A stretch of DNA of 35,160 nt, from contig JALDZX010000017.1 in NCBI GenBank assembly GCA_022813865.1, positions 372,001 to 407,160 of the forward strand, in the 5' to 3' direction. The DNA is from Xylographa opegraphella. Lineage: Eukaryota. The notes below the pieces were generated by a model. The model was not told the DNA's origin and did not search any database. It was given only the letters and a program-made list of their open reading frames with translations. Shown in pieces: positions 1-10,854 of the stretch (its first letter is position 1; each line of letters opens with the position of its first letter). The position numbers and the translations under genes were made by a program.

Positions 1-2323
1 CTCGCGAGCAAGTCCTCTAGTGCCGCATGCTCGTGGCTTGCATGCACCTGTTGTGGTAGGTAGAGCCCGGCCGAGGGTTGGAGAACGGTTAGATAGCTGG
101 TACAATGGCCTGGGATATCTGGGGCTGCAGACCGGGGGTCTGAGAAGGTAGAAGCGGAGTGTCAAAGGCGTCATGGACTAAAAGGGCATTGCAGGCCCAA
201 GAAATGCCATGCCATTGTTGCACAGGAGCTGAGCTGGTTCGTCCCGCGAGTGTATGGAGGAGCAGACTAGGATTATCAAGGCCGAAGGCCAGCAGAGCCG
301 ACGACGCCTGTGGCCCAATCCGGTCGACGTTGAGGCCCTGCCGCCGGCACATCACACGCCGGACAGTAGGAGACATGCAATGCAGGCAGGGATGCGGGTC
401 TTAGTGCAGTGGTCCGGACAGACGTCAAACTCCCAGCAGGGACTTAATGCACCGCAGATTGTGATGGGCAAAAGGAAACGAAGTGGAAGAGCACCAAAGA
501 GTGGTTCACGGCGTTGGAGCCAGCCTCGCCAAAAGAAAAGCGGTCCGTGCACATGGAAAGGGAGGCAACGACAGTTCATGAAAAGAGGCCCAAGCACATC
601 CACGATGGCCTTGCTCGTCGCTGGTCGCCGGCAGAGATGGTCATGATGCTCATGATGCTCATCAATTACCATCATCGCCGACCGAACAGCACAGCACATC
701 GTGTGCACTACTGGCAAGCATGGCAGCGATACGTAACCCCCCCTTCTCCGGTGTGCCCAAATCAGTGTTTTTGCCCACCGGCAGGGGTGACGGGCGGGCT
801 CACGCCGGTGGCATGGCAAGCTCAAAGTGTAATCGATATTGGCATTTCTGCTGCTCACGCCATCGTGATAGGAGTGTTTGAATCCCAGCATTCCGAGCCA
901 GCAGATTGATAGTGTGTGATGGCTGACTGTACCGTCCCCTTCAAAATCCCCCCCTGCCACGGACCATCGACCGCCAGGCTCCCGGCTTCAGGCCTGAGGG
1001 GAAGGCTTGGCCGAGCCAGAGCCGGAACCGTCGACGACACCCACGAGGGGAGGCGAGCCAGGCCCACGCCGAACATGGGGAAAGAAGGCAGAAGGCAAGG
1101 GCCGACCGTGATTCAGAGTCGCCGCATTTCACCTGAGTAAGATCACCACGGCACCTTTCGCGGTAGACAGCGTCCAAGCTTCGCTGGTTCGGGACTTGCA
1201 GAGGTGACGAGTCGCGGTCCGCTAATGTTGGTGTGCCCGTGGTGGAGGAAGGGCCGCTACTCGCAGTGCCCGAGACTATTATACCTTACCTTACCTGACT
1301 GCGTATAGGTATACAGTAGGTACCAAAATAGGCCAAGGTTAAGGTGACTTTCACCTTAGGCCTTAGGGTAGATACGTAGTCTCCCAGTCTACCGAATCGC
1401 CTGACAAAATTGACGATATTCATCACCCATCACTTAATGAAGCCTCATTCGCGAAGCCCCAACGGATCGAGCCTCGAGCAGCAGCCAAAACACCACCCTG
1501 CTGATCATGGTAGATTGCAGCACGCGGTGCCGTGAGATGAGCCCAGCCTGTTCCGTCCCTCTGCGGTCCCCGTCACGCATGAGACGAAGTTGTTTCGTTG
1601 TGCTCAGCAGTCTTTTTTGTGGCCTTGATCTGGCCTTTGTGCGTAATTCTCCGGACACGCATCGATGATGCATGTAGCTTGGCTCCCCCCCTACTTTCCC
1701 ACTCACACACCCCCGGAAAACCCATGTTATTTCCCTGCCGTTGGCGCACTTTACCCCGGTCGACTTCCGTCCGTTTGGCAGGTGTCATCCTCACCCTTGC
1801 CCTACGATGGCCCACTTTCCAACCATCCACCCCCCCCATCCCGTCACAACATCACATGGCGGAAACGTCCCAACGTTCTTTACTCCCCTTTGTCTCCAAA
1901 CACCATACTTTCGGGGTAAATTCCCCAGCGGCGCGTCCGGTTCGATCAGCAGCCATGGGTACGTGTTTTATCGAGCTGGCTGAACCTACCGATGCAGTGC
2001 CGGCTTGTTCTTTAAAGTCGTTCGTACTAGATCGATATCCTTGATGTGTTGTTCTTCGCATTGCAGCGAGGCTAGGCTCTCGAGGTCCATAGTTTTGAAT
2101 TCCTGTGTGGGCGTAGCATGGAGCTTTTCCTCCGTTGTGCTGCTCTCTATCGCTTCAGCTTGTTATATATCTCTCGGCTCCGCTGTTTTCGAGCACCGTC
2201 AACCTCGTGTCACAGCTGTCCATCACATCTCCTTTCTCATCCCCTGACATCATTCTATATACACTTGCACCATCTCCAACAAGCACAATATCTTTCATCA
2301 CTACTTCATCCCTGGACTTCATC

Positions 2324-2644
2324 ATGACAGGCAGCCAGATCACTGTGCCCAAGGCTCTCGAGCTGGTCCGCAACAGCGAGACCGGGGAGGTGCATCCGGG
2401 CGTGGATGCCACTCTGGACAGGGAGGTCGTGCGGATCTGGTCCCGGATCAAGGCGAGTCCAGATAGATACGTGATGACTAAGGAAGAGTTCGCGGTCTTC
2501 AACTACTTTCAAGACCGGTACAAAGGAGAAGAAATTGCACGGAAAGCAGTTGCCCGCTTTTGGAACAACTTCAAAGGTAAGCGTTCCCGAACGGCGATGA
2601 TCAAGCTGCGAGAAAGTGGATCAGGGTACCGTTACTCTACATAG
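2324..2644 (+). CDS. Small hypothetical protein (~85-110 aa); 3' end uncertain
   Basis: ATG at 2324 in ATCATGA context after a pyrimidine-rich leader. The translation MTGSQITVPKALELVRNSETGEVHPGVDATLDREVVRIWSRIKASPDRYVMTKEEFAVFNYFQDRYKGEEIARKAVARFWNNFKG looks like a helical globular protein with C/G-ending codons. A consensus donor AG|GTAAGC at 2577 suggests the real C-terminus is spliced; the acceptor is unresolved. Confidence 0.7.
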   Translation: MTGSQITVPKALELVRNSETGEVHPGVDATLDREVVRIWSRIKASPDRYVMTKEEFAVFNYFQDRYKGEEIARKAVARFWNNFKGKRSRTAMIKLRESGSGYRYST

Positions 2645-4863
2645 GCTCGGACTATGATCCAATGCATCCTTCGACTTGTCCCACACAATCAATATGTATT
2701 TGGAACACGGGCTCACTCAGTCACTAGGTGGACGATGACAGACGTTCTAAGCTTCCAGATGCGGACCTATGTCTCGCAGTCACGATCGGTCTCGATGTTC
2801 CGCCACGTCAGCGCATGCGCCGGCGTGGCTAAACGCCGACGGGCCAGAGTGACCCACGGTTCGGCATCCCCATTTCCGGCATATCGCACTCCGGAGTCGA
2901 CCCGATTGACTGATACCCACCTCGAGACTTCTTTCCCTTGGGTTTTCCACTTTCTTTCTCATCATTCGCGGAACGTCTTTTGTGTTTCTACCCAAAGCTA
3001 CCTAAATGGTGCTCATCGCTTCGCTTTTCCACGCTAAGCCAAAACTCGACCGGCTCCAGACCACATCGTTCTCACTTACTCCAACTGACAGCTTTGATCC
3101 CCGGTTCTCGAGCTGACGCCTCTCTTATTTGCACGCATTCTCGCAGGTCGTGATGTGTTTCCGTTGGGTCTCTTTTTACATCGGCCTATTGGCTTCCTTC
3201 CAGCTTCACCAAACGCATAATCCTGGTCAGGCAAAATAAATATTGAGCATACAGCAAGTACCTATCAAGCAGTAAGAACTATCATATTCGCTACTCTGGG
3301 CAGTTTATACGTCCCAGGTCCGAAGTTTGCATTACAGTCAATGAATTATCCTCGAATCTTATCTGAACATCAAGACTAAAAAGGCTATTATCGAAAGCAC
3401 ATCTTTGCTTGTTTTTCCCAAGCCAATTCTGTTCTAACGGGGTAGTTTGTGTGTTTGTCCCATCAACAAGCTTGATAGCCCACCACTCCTATCATCGCTT
3501 CAACCATCCGCGCCTGAAGGGTTGTCCATTCCCAAGTGGTTCGTGACCGGTACATCCGCCACCCAGATGATCGGACGTCGCCTCAGAAACTTCAGAGACA
3601 GTCACTGTTCCAATGCAAGGACTTCGTCGTCAACCCGCATGACCGAAAGGAAAACAGACATGTGGTCATACCATACCTAATGATCCGTAAGCCTTCAAAG
3701 AAAGTTAAGACCTAGCGGCCTTTGAGCATGCACCCCAACGTCATTTCAAGCGAAACCATGGTACCTTAGCTCGTCATGTTTCATGCAGAAGGCGGTCAGG
3801 AGCATACCCTAAGCTAAGCCCGAAGTGGGTCCGCTCGTGCATACCTGTGCAAGTACCGTATGTGGCGCTTCGGTTTTGCCATGGTATCTATGCGTACAGG
3901 GACCGATCTGTTTGCTTCATCGTGATCCTGTGCGTTAATGGAGGTACAATTGATCTATCGATAACCAAGAAGCTCATCGCTGACATATCTGAGACGTAGA
4001 TAACAGAACTTCTCATGGCATTGTCTCACGCGTTGCCAAGCACTGGTGCATCTTCGAATGACGGCCAGTATTGGTGCAAGTCGCTATCATCTGTTACTAC
4101 ATATATTGTCAAGACAAGTTATTCTGCCCATGACGATCAGCGGGGAATGTATCATGCTGTGCCGAGTCTGGAATCAACGGATTGATCAATCTTGGTGGAT
4201 CTACTGCTTGACAGTTGGCATACTCGTCTACTAGCACCGTCGCAATTGTACATACCAATACCAACATAATTATACACATGCCTGTCTAAGCTGTTCACAA
4301 TAGCCCCATACTCGTTGACCACCTTCCGGGCTGTGGGACATTTACCCCCAACATGCGGACCTCTTCGAATAACCTTCTTTGCAACTATTATGCTTTCATG
4401 GTGAATTGTCGCACCTCCAACTCTACTAAAGACAGGTGGAGCTGTCAACTGCATGATATCCCCGCCTTCCTTGTAGAGAATTTATGTGGTTCGTCCCTGG
4501 GACGGTACGGTGAAGCTCGAATCCAAAACGAAAATATAAAGCCGTGCAATCAGATATTCCAATTCTATAAATCGACTCCATGACAACTCCACATCCGTGC
4601 CCCGTCTGCTCGTATTAAATGCTTAACTCGGCAATCCGGCTCTTATTTCTTGTCCGGAGGTTGTGATTGGAACGCATCACTGTGTATCTACGCTAGCTAC
4701 CTACTTATCTCGGGCTCCAGCCCTAAGTCCACTCAAGTCCCGACATTTAAAGCCCACCTCGTCCCTACCTTGATCGACCTTCGGCTTGCTACGATGTACT
4801 TGGGACACACCTACGCCTTGAAATGAGGATCACGTCTGAGCGTCCCCCCGCAACAATCCTATC

Positions 4864-6008
4864 ATGGTGCCCGGCGCCCTCGTCGCCGACCCGGCCAGAG
4901 GAAATCTCACCAAGCAGCGCTCCGTCAAGCAAGACGACACAACTACAACCGCCCCCGCCCCCGAACCCCAGCCAGAGACTCCCCTCCAAGCAATATGCTA
5001 CGGCGGCACTCTCCCCGGTCTGCCCTCCCCATCCCCCGCCCCCACCCAAAGCCACAACTAACCCCCCGCCCCCCCTACCAGGCATCCCCACCCACCCCAC
5101 CTTCACCGCCCACCGCCTCTGGGCCCTCTCGCACATGACCGCCCTCTTCCGGCACTGGGCCCGCCACAACTACAGTGAAGGCATGAGCGGGCACATCTCC
5201 GTCCGCGACCCAGAATACCCCTCCCTCTTCTGGACGAACCCACTAGCCGTCCACTTCGGCCTCCTCCGCGCCTCCGACATGCTCCTCGTCAGCGACGCCG
5301 CCACGGGCCCGCTCGCGGGCCGCATCCTCGCCGGCAACCGCCTCATGCGCCCCGCCAACCGCGCCGGCTGGGCCATCCACGCCGCCGTGCACCGGCGCCG
5401 CGCGGACGTCAACGCCGTGTGCCACGCGCACACCCGCTACGGGAAGGTGTGGGCCGCGAGCGGCAGGGGGCGCTTGCAGATGGTCGATCAGGACGTGTGT
5501 AATTTCTACGGCGAGGCGTTGGCGGTGTATGAGGACTATGGGGGCGTGGTGCTGGGGCAGGGGGCCGGGGCCGAGGGGGAGGCGATGGCGCGGGCGTTGG
5601 GGCCGAGGGGGAAGGGGCTGGTGCTCGCGAGTCATGGCCTGTTGACGGTGGGGGGCACGGTGGATGAGGCGGGGTTTTTGTTCGGCGCGCTGGAGAGGAG
5701 CTGTGCGGTGCAGGTCGCGTTGGCGGGCATGGGGGGGCCGCGGGCGGTGATTGGCGAGAGGGAGGCGGAGTTTAATTTCCGCATGGCGAGTACGCCGGTG
5801 AGTGGGGGGATTTTTTTTTCTTTCTTTCTATCTCTCTCAAACACACACTTGGGTATGGGGGCAAGGGAAGAGGAGTGCGTGGGCTGATGTGCCTGCTGTC
5901 TAGGAGACGCTGTACTGGGAGTTCCAGCCAGATTACGATTACGAGCTCGCCATGAGCCATGACCGCTTCGTGGACGTGACGGAGGAGGATTTGGCCGTCT
6001 GGCTGTAG
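4864..6008 (+). CDS. Class II aldolase/adducin family protein (~324 aa)
   Basis: Exons 4864-5017, 5082-5797, 5904-6008. Introns GTCTGC...CTAAC...CAG and GTGAGT...CTGAT...TAG. Motifs EGMSGHISVRDPE, FWTNP, IHAAVHRRRADVNAVCHAH and SHGLLTVG (metal-binding His residues) are typical of the family; C-terminal LYWEFQPDYDYE. Confidence 0.9.
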
Positions 6009-6248
6009 GTGAGCGCCGGAGTGGGAGTCCTGGGTCTGGGGGGCACATATCTTGGGTGGTGGAGGGGTTTCCTCGCGAAAGATGGACATGGAATATTCTC
6101 GTTGCTGGGATGATGATGCTGCTGCTTTGTGGGGATTTGTTCGCCTGACTGCTGTTGTGCCAGGGAGGAGTGAGATATTCACCACGACTTATCGTTCTCG
6201 GGGCCGAAAGCGCGGTCGGAAAGGGTGCGGGGGGTAAGTCACTGCATC

Positions 6249-6445
6249 ATGGAGGGCTTTGAGCCGCTCGTTTTGGATGAAGAATACGCGATCATCATTT
6301 TTGACTGAAGGATAAGGTACGCGATTATCATTCTTATACATGAGATCTACGTTGGGTCACAAAATGGAGCGGTTTGAGCCGCTCGTTTGGGCTGATGAGT
6401 GCGCCATTTTTTTTTTATATATGAAATTTGGCATCGGTTACAATT
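6249..6445. repeat. Degenerate tandem duplication (115-bp offset) with an internal short repeat
   Basis: ATGGAGGGCTTTGAGCCGCTCGTTTTGGATGAAGA at 6249 versus ATGGAGCGGTTTGAGCCGCTCGTTTGGGCTGATGA at 6364. The tails CTTATACATGAGATCT..GGTCACAA and TTTATATATGAAATTT..GGTTACAA also align. TACGCGAT(C/T)ATCATT occurs twice within copy 1. Confidence 0.75.
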
Positions 6446-6899
6446 TTACTCTGTCTGTGTTGATTGGTGTTGAAATCCCGGGGTGCGTGGTACACTAACC
6501 GCAAAGGCGTTGTGCCCTATTGAGCAGACCGGTTCTAGGTATTGTGGAGAAGAGAAGGAGATCATTCACAAGCTGTGTTCGAAGCTGTACCAATAGCATG
6601 TCATTGTCGCCGGAAACGGTATGAATAGAGCAGGATTGTGATTTCTCTTTGACCGTCCTCGAGAATTCCTATTGATTGTCGCGCCCTCGTTATGGATTTC
6701 TTTGTCCTTCGTTTCGAGAGGCAAAGATATCTTCCCCAGACGGGGTGTTCATATCATCAGGGCAAAGTCCGCCCCCGAACCTACGTTCAGCATACTCTCG
6801 ATCTTCAACATCCAGCATCGCCACTCTCGTCCAGATTGACAGTTTCGAAACAACGTTTTTTGCCTCTGTATACGACCGGACGACTCCACGCAGCTCATC

Positions 6900-7961
6900 A
6901 TGCCACGCAAGAAACATGGAAACGGCTGGACTCACGTTAAGAGATCATGGAACCCCACCACGCGTACGCCTCGACCGACACAAAACCCTGCTGCTCCCCA
7001 AGTCCCGGCTGCTCCTCAGGGCCCGAGTGGTTCCCAGGTTCTGGCTGCTACCCAGGTCCCGGTTGCTACCCAGGTCCCGTTTGCTCGTCCCTCATTGAGA
7101 TCGCTGGCGCGGCAAAACCGTGAGCATATATTGACATATATGCTCCATCAAGAGATGGATATCACGCGCAGCATAGTCTCAAATCTCACCAGAGTCGAAG
7201 CGTTGAATTTTGCCAGTGCTAGCCGTCAGCTTCGAAATCTTTTAGCAGAGCAGGCTGGCGGTAGAGGACCGCTTAATATCAGCAACATAGTCCATTGGGT
7301 TGACGACAACCTCGACTGTCAAGAACGAGTCCGCGGCGGCCTTCGGAATGCAACGTTTGTGTTATGCCGAAATCAAGTGGGCCTGCAAAGCTGCATGGGC
7401 CCTTTGCGAGAGCCGTTCTTCAGTGGCCGTACTCGACGAAATGATACAGACTTCCACCGACCTCATATGTGCATCCATTGCCACGACATCACCGACCCTG
7501 CTTGTGAGGCGGAAGAGCGCTTGGAACTCTTGGTGCACCAGACTGGCATGTGTACCGTTTGTGAGAAACGGTGGATGCAAAGACATCCGATGGGTTGGCG
7601 GAACTGCATCTGCAGATTCCGAGAGGAGCAGTGGTTTTGCTGGTTCTGCCGAACCGACAAGCAGACGCAGTGGTGGGGCATCCGCACGAACACACTCATC
7701 CGCTACGAGCATGCCTACCGGTCACACGCCAACGGGTTCACTGTCGATCTGCAAAGACGTGCGGAGGGGCTGCCACGATGTTACTGTGGTGGAAAACATA
7801 CGAACCATGTGCAGCGGAATGTTGCGATGTGCTTGATATGCGAGGGGACTATTGTCAGAGCCACTGCCGTCACTGGCAACATGAGGCGACGATCGGACCG
7901 ATTGCAGCAAAAGTACGACGACGAAGACAACTTGCTTATCCGAGGAGATAGCCGACAATGA
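6900..7961 (+). CDS. Hypothetical Cys-rich protein with an F-box-like segment (353 aa, single exon)
   Basis: Long uninterrupted ORF. LTYMLHQEMDITRSIVSNLTRVEALNFASASRQLRNLL resembles an F-box helix pattern. It is followed by many CxxC/CxC pairs (CIHC, CTVC, CIC, CWFC, CYC, CLIC). Confidence 0.75.
   Translation: MPRKKHGNGWTHVKRSWNPTTRTPRPTQNPAAPQVPAAPQGPSGSQVLAATQVPVATQVPFARPSLRSLARQNREHILTYMLHQEMDITRSIVSNLTRVEALNFASASRQLRNLLAEQAGGRGPLNISNIVHWVDDNLDCQERVRGGLRNATFVLCRNQVGLQSCMGPLREPFFSGRTRRNDTDFHRPHMCIHCHDITDPACEAEERLELLVHQTGMCTVCEKRWMQRHPMGWRNCICRFREEQWFCWFCRTDKQTQWWGIRTNTLIRYEHAYRSHANGFTVDLQRRAEGLPRCYCGGKHTNHVQRNVAMCLICEGTIVRATAVTGNMRRRSDRLQQKYDDEDNLLIRGDSRQ
6990..7085 (+). repeat. In-frame 18-bp (6-aa) minisatellite, about 5 degenerate copies
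   Basis: Encodes APQVPA/APQGPS/GSQVLA/ATQVPV/ATQVPF. The DNA unit is approximately GCTACCCAGGTCCCGGTT. Confidence 0.8.
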
Positions 7962-8882
7962 CTGGAGCCAAGATTGAGCTCAGCGTAGAGACGAGTATAG
8001 AAGGAAAGTAGCAGATAGGTGTAGAAAACTAAGCTGTTGATTATCTTTAGTCATGGCAGAGGATGTTTCCACGTAGATGCCCGAAAAACAACGGAGTTGT
8101 CGCTCCCTTGTCCCCAACATGCGCTAGGAGTATCCTAAACCCGTTCTCAGCCTCAAATGCTGACTAACGATAACTCATCGATGTCCCCCAGTTTTGGAAC
8201 ACTCCATCTTTCCGCAACTGTATCAATCGTATATTTATTATGCATTGCTCAAATATCTGAGTTAGAGCATAAAGCACGCTCTGCCTTTGAAAAAGAACAC
8301 GCTTCGAAGATAAGCAACATCTCTGACAGCATCCGGGACCACCTAGACCCCAACGATTCCTGGATGTTGTCTTTGACTCGTCTGTTGTGTGGTCGGCCAC
8401 AACATGGCATTCTGCCGATTCGGTCATGGCTTTGTACATGTGCAACTCGATCCGAACCCTGTCTTAAGTAGTTCACGTTGTTACTGGTGACTTGATGTGG
8501 CAATCGCTATGCGTTCCTGTGGCTCAACAACAATAAAGTCCAACCCAACAGAGGTCAATCACTGAGTGTTATATGAGATTATGTCGCTCGTAGCAAAGCA
8601 CAAAAAGGCTGTTCAACCCGCCGATAATGGTCAACCTGCACAGTCGACGACTTCTCAGCTGACTTATCGAGTAACTCGAGCAGCCCATCTTGATTCTTTA
8701 ATTCTTTTGTATTGGCTCTGGCAGTCATTTCTTAATCTGATTTCTAATATCGCTACTCGAGACTGATTTCATTTGTTTGCCGGTACTTTCGAACTCCAAT
8801 TTATCATCTGATTGAAATTGACGATTCCTATTGCTCTTTTTGTCAGGGTAAATTTCCTCAAGTACTATCTGAGACAGTCGAT

Positions 8883-9180
8883 ATGCAGACTACCATCATT
8901 GCAACTATTATGCTCACCATGGTTTCTTACGTACTTGGTGCATCTCAAAGTAAGCAATCTTCCCCTAGGGTGTTTTGAGATTCGCTGACAATTGGTAGTT
9001 GTTATGAGAGTACCACAGCATCCTGTGTCGGAGTACCGGGCTACCTTCGATTCCGCTCCGAGCTTTGCCGATATTAACCTTCTTTCGGGATCAAATGTGG
9101 CAGGCTTTGTGCCATACAACATTCCAATTTCAATGAACGGTTTACAGGGCGCATCCAGGATTGGCGTCATGATGATGTGA
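8883..9180 (+). CDS. Candidate small secreted protein (~82 aa, 2 exons)
   Basis: Exon 8883-8949 encodes a signal-peptide-like MQTTIIATIMLTMVSYVLGASQ. A canonical 49-nt intron 8950-8998 (GTAAGC...GCTGAC...TAG) joins it in frame to 8999-9180 (IVMRVPQHPVSEYRATF...GVMMM*). No homology recognised; the downstream exon structure may differ. Confidence 0.45.
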
Positions 9181-10854
9181 GGCTATAATTTCAATGCTCG
9201 AACAAGATATCTCTTCTTCCTGCTTACTTCAGCACGATATTTGACATGAGGTTTGTCACATTTCGTTGTTCTCAACTTCGGGAAACTACTAAAGTAGAGG
9301 CCGCTTGTCGCCCACGCATAATTTATACGACATTGACGATTAATATGACGATTGCTACGTTTACGACCAAGTATGATTTCCATCATGCATGCTATTCTCT
9401 TCTGGGTCATCCCTCAGAGTAGCCAATTTTGGTGAATCTATAGACATTGCCATGGGTTGCCTGGACTTCGTTTTTCAGGACTTTCAATTGCGCTTGACGA
9501 GCCCAATGGACATCAGCGAGATCTAGACACGTTTCTTCAATGAGATTGTATCCACGGCTTACGACACTACCGGCATTCGAAAGTAGCAGGACAACATTGG
9601 GGTTGTTCACTGCGGCATTCTGCTTTTGTCCAATGTCTGATGAGGCGGAAATTTTGGTTTCGAGACTGACTGCAATTGAAGTACCTACTTCTGATTCAAG
9701 ATCCCTTACGGATGACCATTGCGCGGGGCCGGGAGGACAGCTTGGTGCGCTTAGCCGCAAGGCCGCAAAAAAGAAAGTTTGCTGCTATCTATTGAGGATG
9801 CAGGACTACAGTCTGAACCGTGAGAACACAATGTACAAGCTGTGCGTCTATACTGAGGCTTGTCGCGCCTTCTGTGAGAGTAGTACAGGTCACTCGGCTA
9901 CTTCTAGATAATGTCCTCAAGTCACTTTAACAGGAGGCACTCTTATTACGATTCATGTGGAAATAGTGCAGGTCATTCGGCTACTCCTAGATAGTGTTCT
10001 CGAGCCACGTCAAAAAAAGCCAGTTTACTTCCGATATGCAACGCAACTCGTGCTTCCAGCGATCGTTCTCTTGCTTGTCGATAAGTGTGGGAAAGTTCCT
10101 GCTTCTTGAGAAAACGTAATTGAATGCCAGGGAACTGCGTTCCGCCCCCTAAATGAACTGGTCAAAGCATTCTGTGAAGTAAGCTTGAGGGTTATGATGA
10201 GACTCAATCTCGGCCCGACATCTGTATCATCAGAGCGGTGCCCGAAGCTCTTAGCTGAGGCTTTTCAAGCAGACTTCTTCCCATAGTTCAAGCTCGTCAT
10301 CATTTGCCAAATTGCCGAGGTCAATGTGACGGAGAATTCCTATATCTTTTGGCCGATGTATATTTAACGGGACGGTTGAGATATCAGCGGATTTTAGTTG
10401 CAAAAGCACCTCAAACTCCGGCGGATTTTAAATCCTACAGAGTTCTTCTCGCTCCTGTCATTGGTTGTTTGGTTTTTTTGCTGGAGGGCCGAGGCAGTTT
10501 CCAGCCGCTGTCCTAAATACGATTAGAACGGATTAATCATCGCGGAGGTCGGCGCCTTTCTGTCTGAGGTCCTACGTCACATGTACGCTCGGCGGGCCAG
10601 GCGGGATCTTGACAAAGTCAGCGGCGGATGGATTTCTTCCTCCTCCCATAAACGAATAGAAAGACCCATTGGCGCCCAATAAATGCTCCTACGTTAGCTA
10701 TTTGTGTCGGAAGCTCAATGTGGACCGTATCTGTTTGACTACTACGTCGCTAATTGCTGCCCGATTTGCTCACTCGCTCACACGCTGTCACTCACACGCA
10801 CCCAGATCTTGACGGTCTCCGTGGTAGGGACCAAAGAATAGGTCTTGCAGAACG

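Noticed and set aside
89..1177. Cluster of overlapping 70-200 aa ORFs on both strands
   Set aside because: No recognisable domain and no consistent splice pattern; expected by chance in GC-rich DNA. More likely the upstream region of a gene outside the window.
4823..5081. Pro-rich N-terminus of the 354-aa ORF-track aldolase model
   Set aside because: An artefact of reading through C-rich intron 1 in the exon-2 frame. The ATG at 4864 plus splicing gives the family-like PLQAICYGGTLPGIP.
9407..9911. Opposing ORFs 9407-9760 (-) and 9540-9911 (+)
   Set aside because: No recognisable family or convincing gene structure (the minus ORF lacks an ATG start). Could be a relic but is unsupported without a search.
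10668..10680. Inverted CCAAT pair ATTGGCGCCCAAT and CGG triplets upstream of the DHA1 transporter
   Set aside because: Motifs too short and common to call without conservation data.
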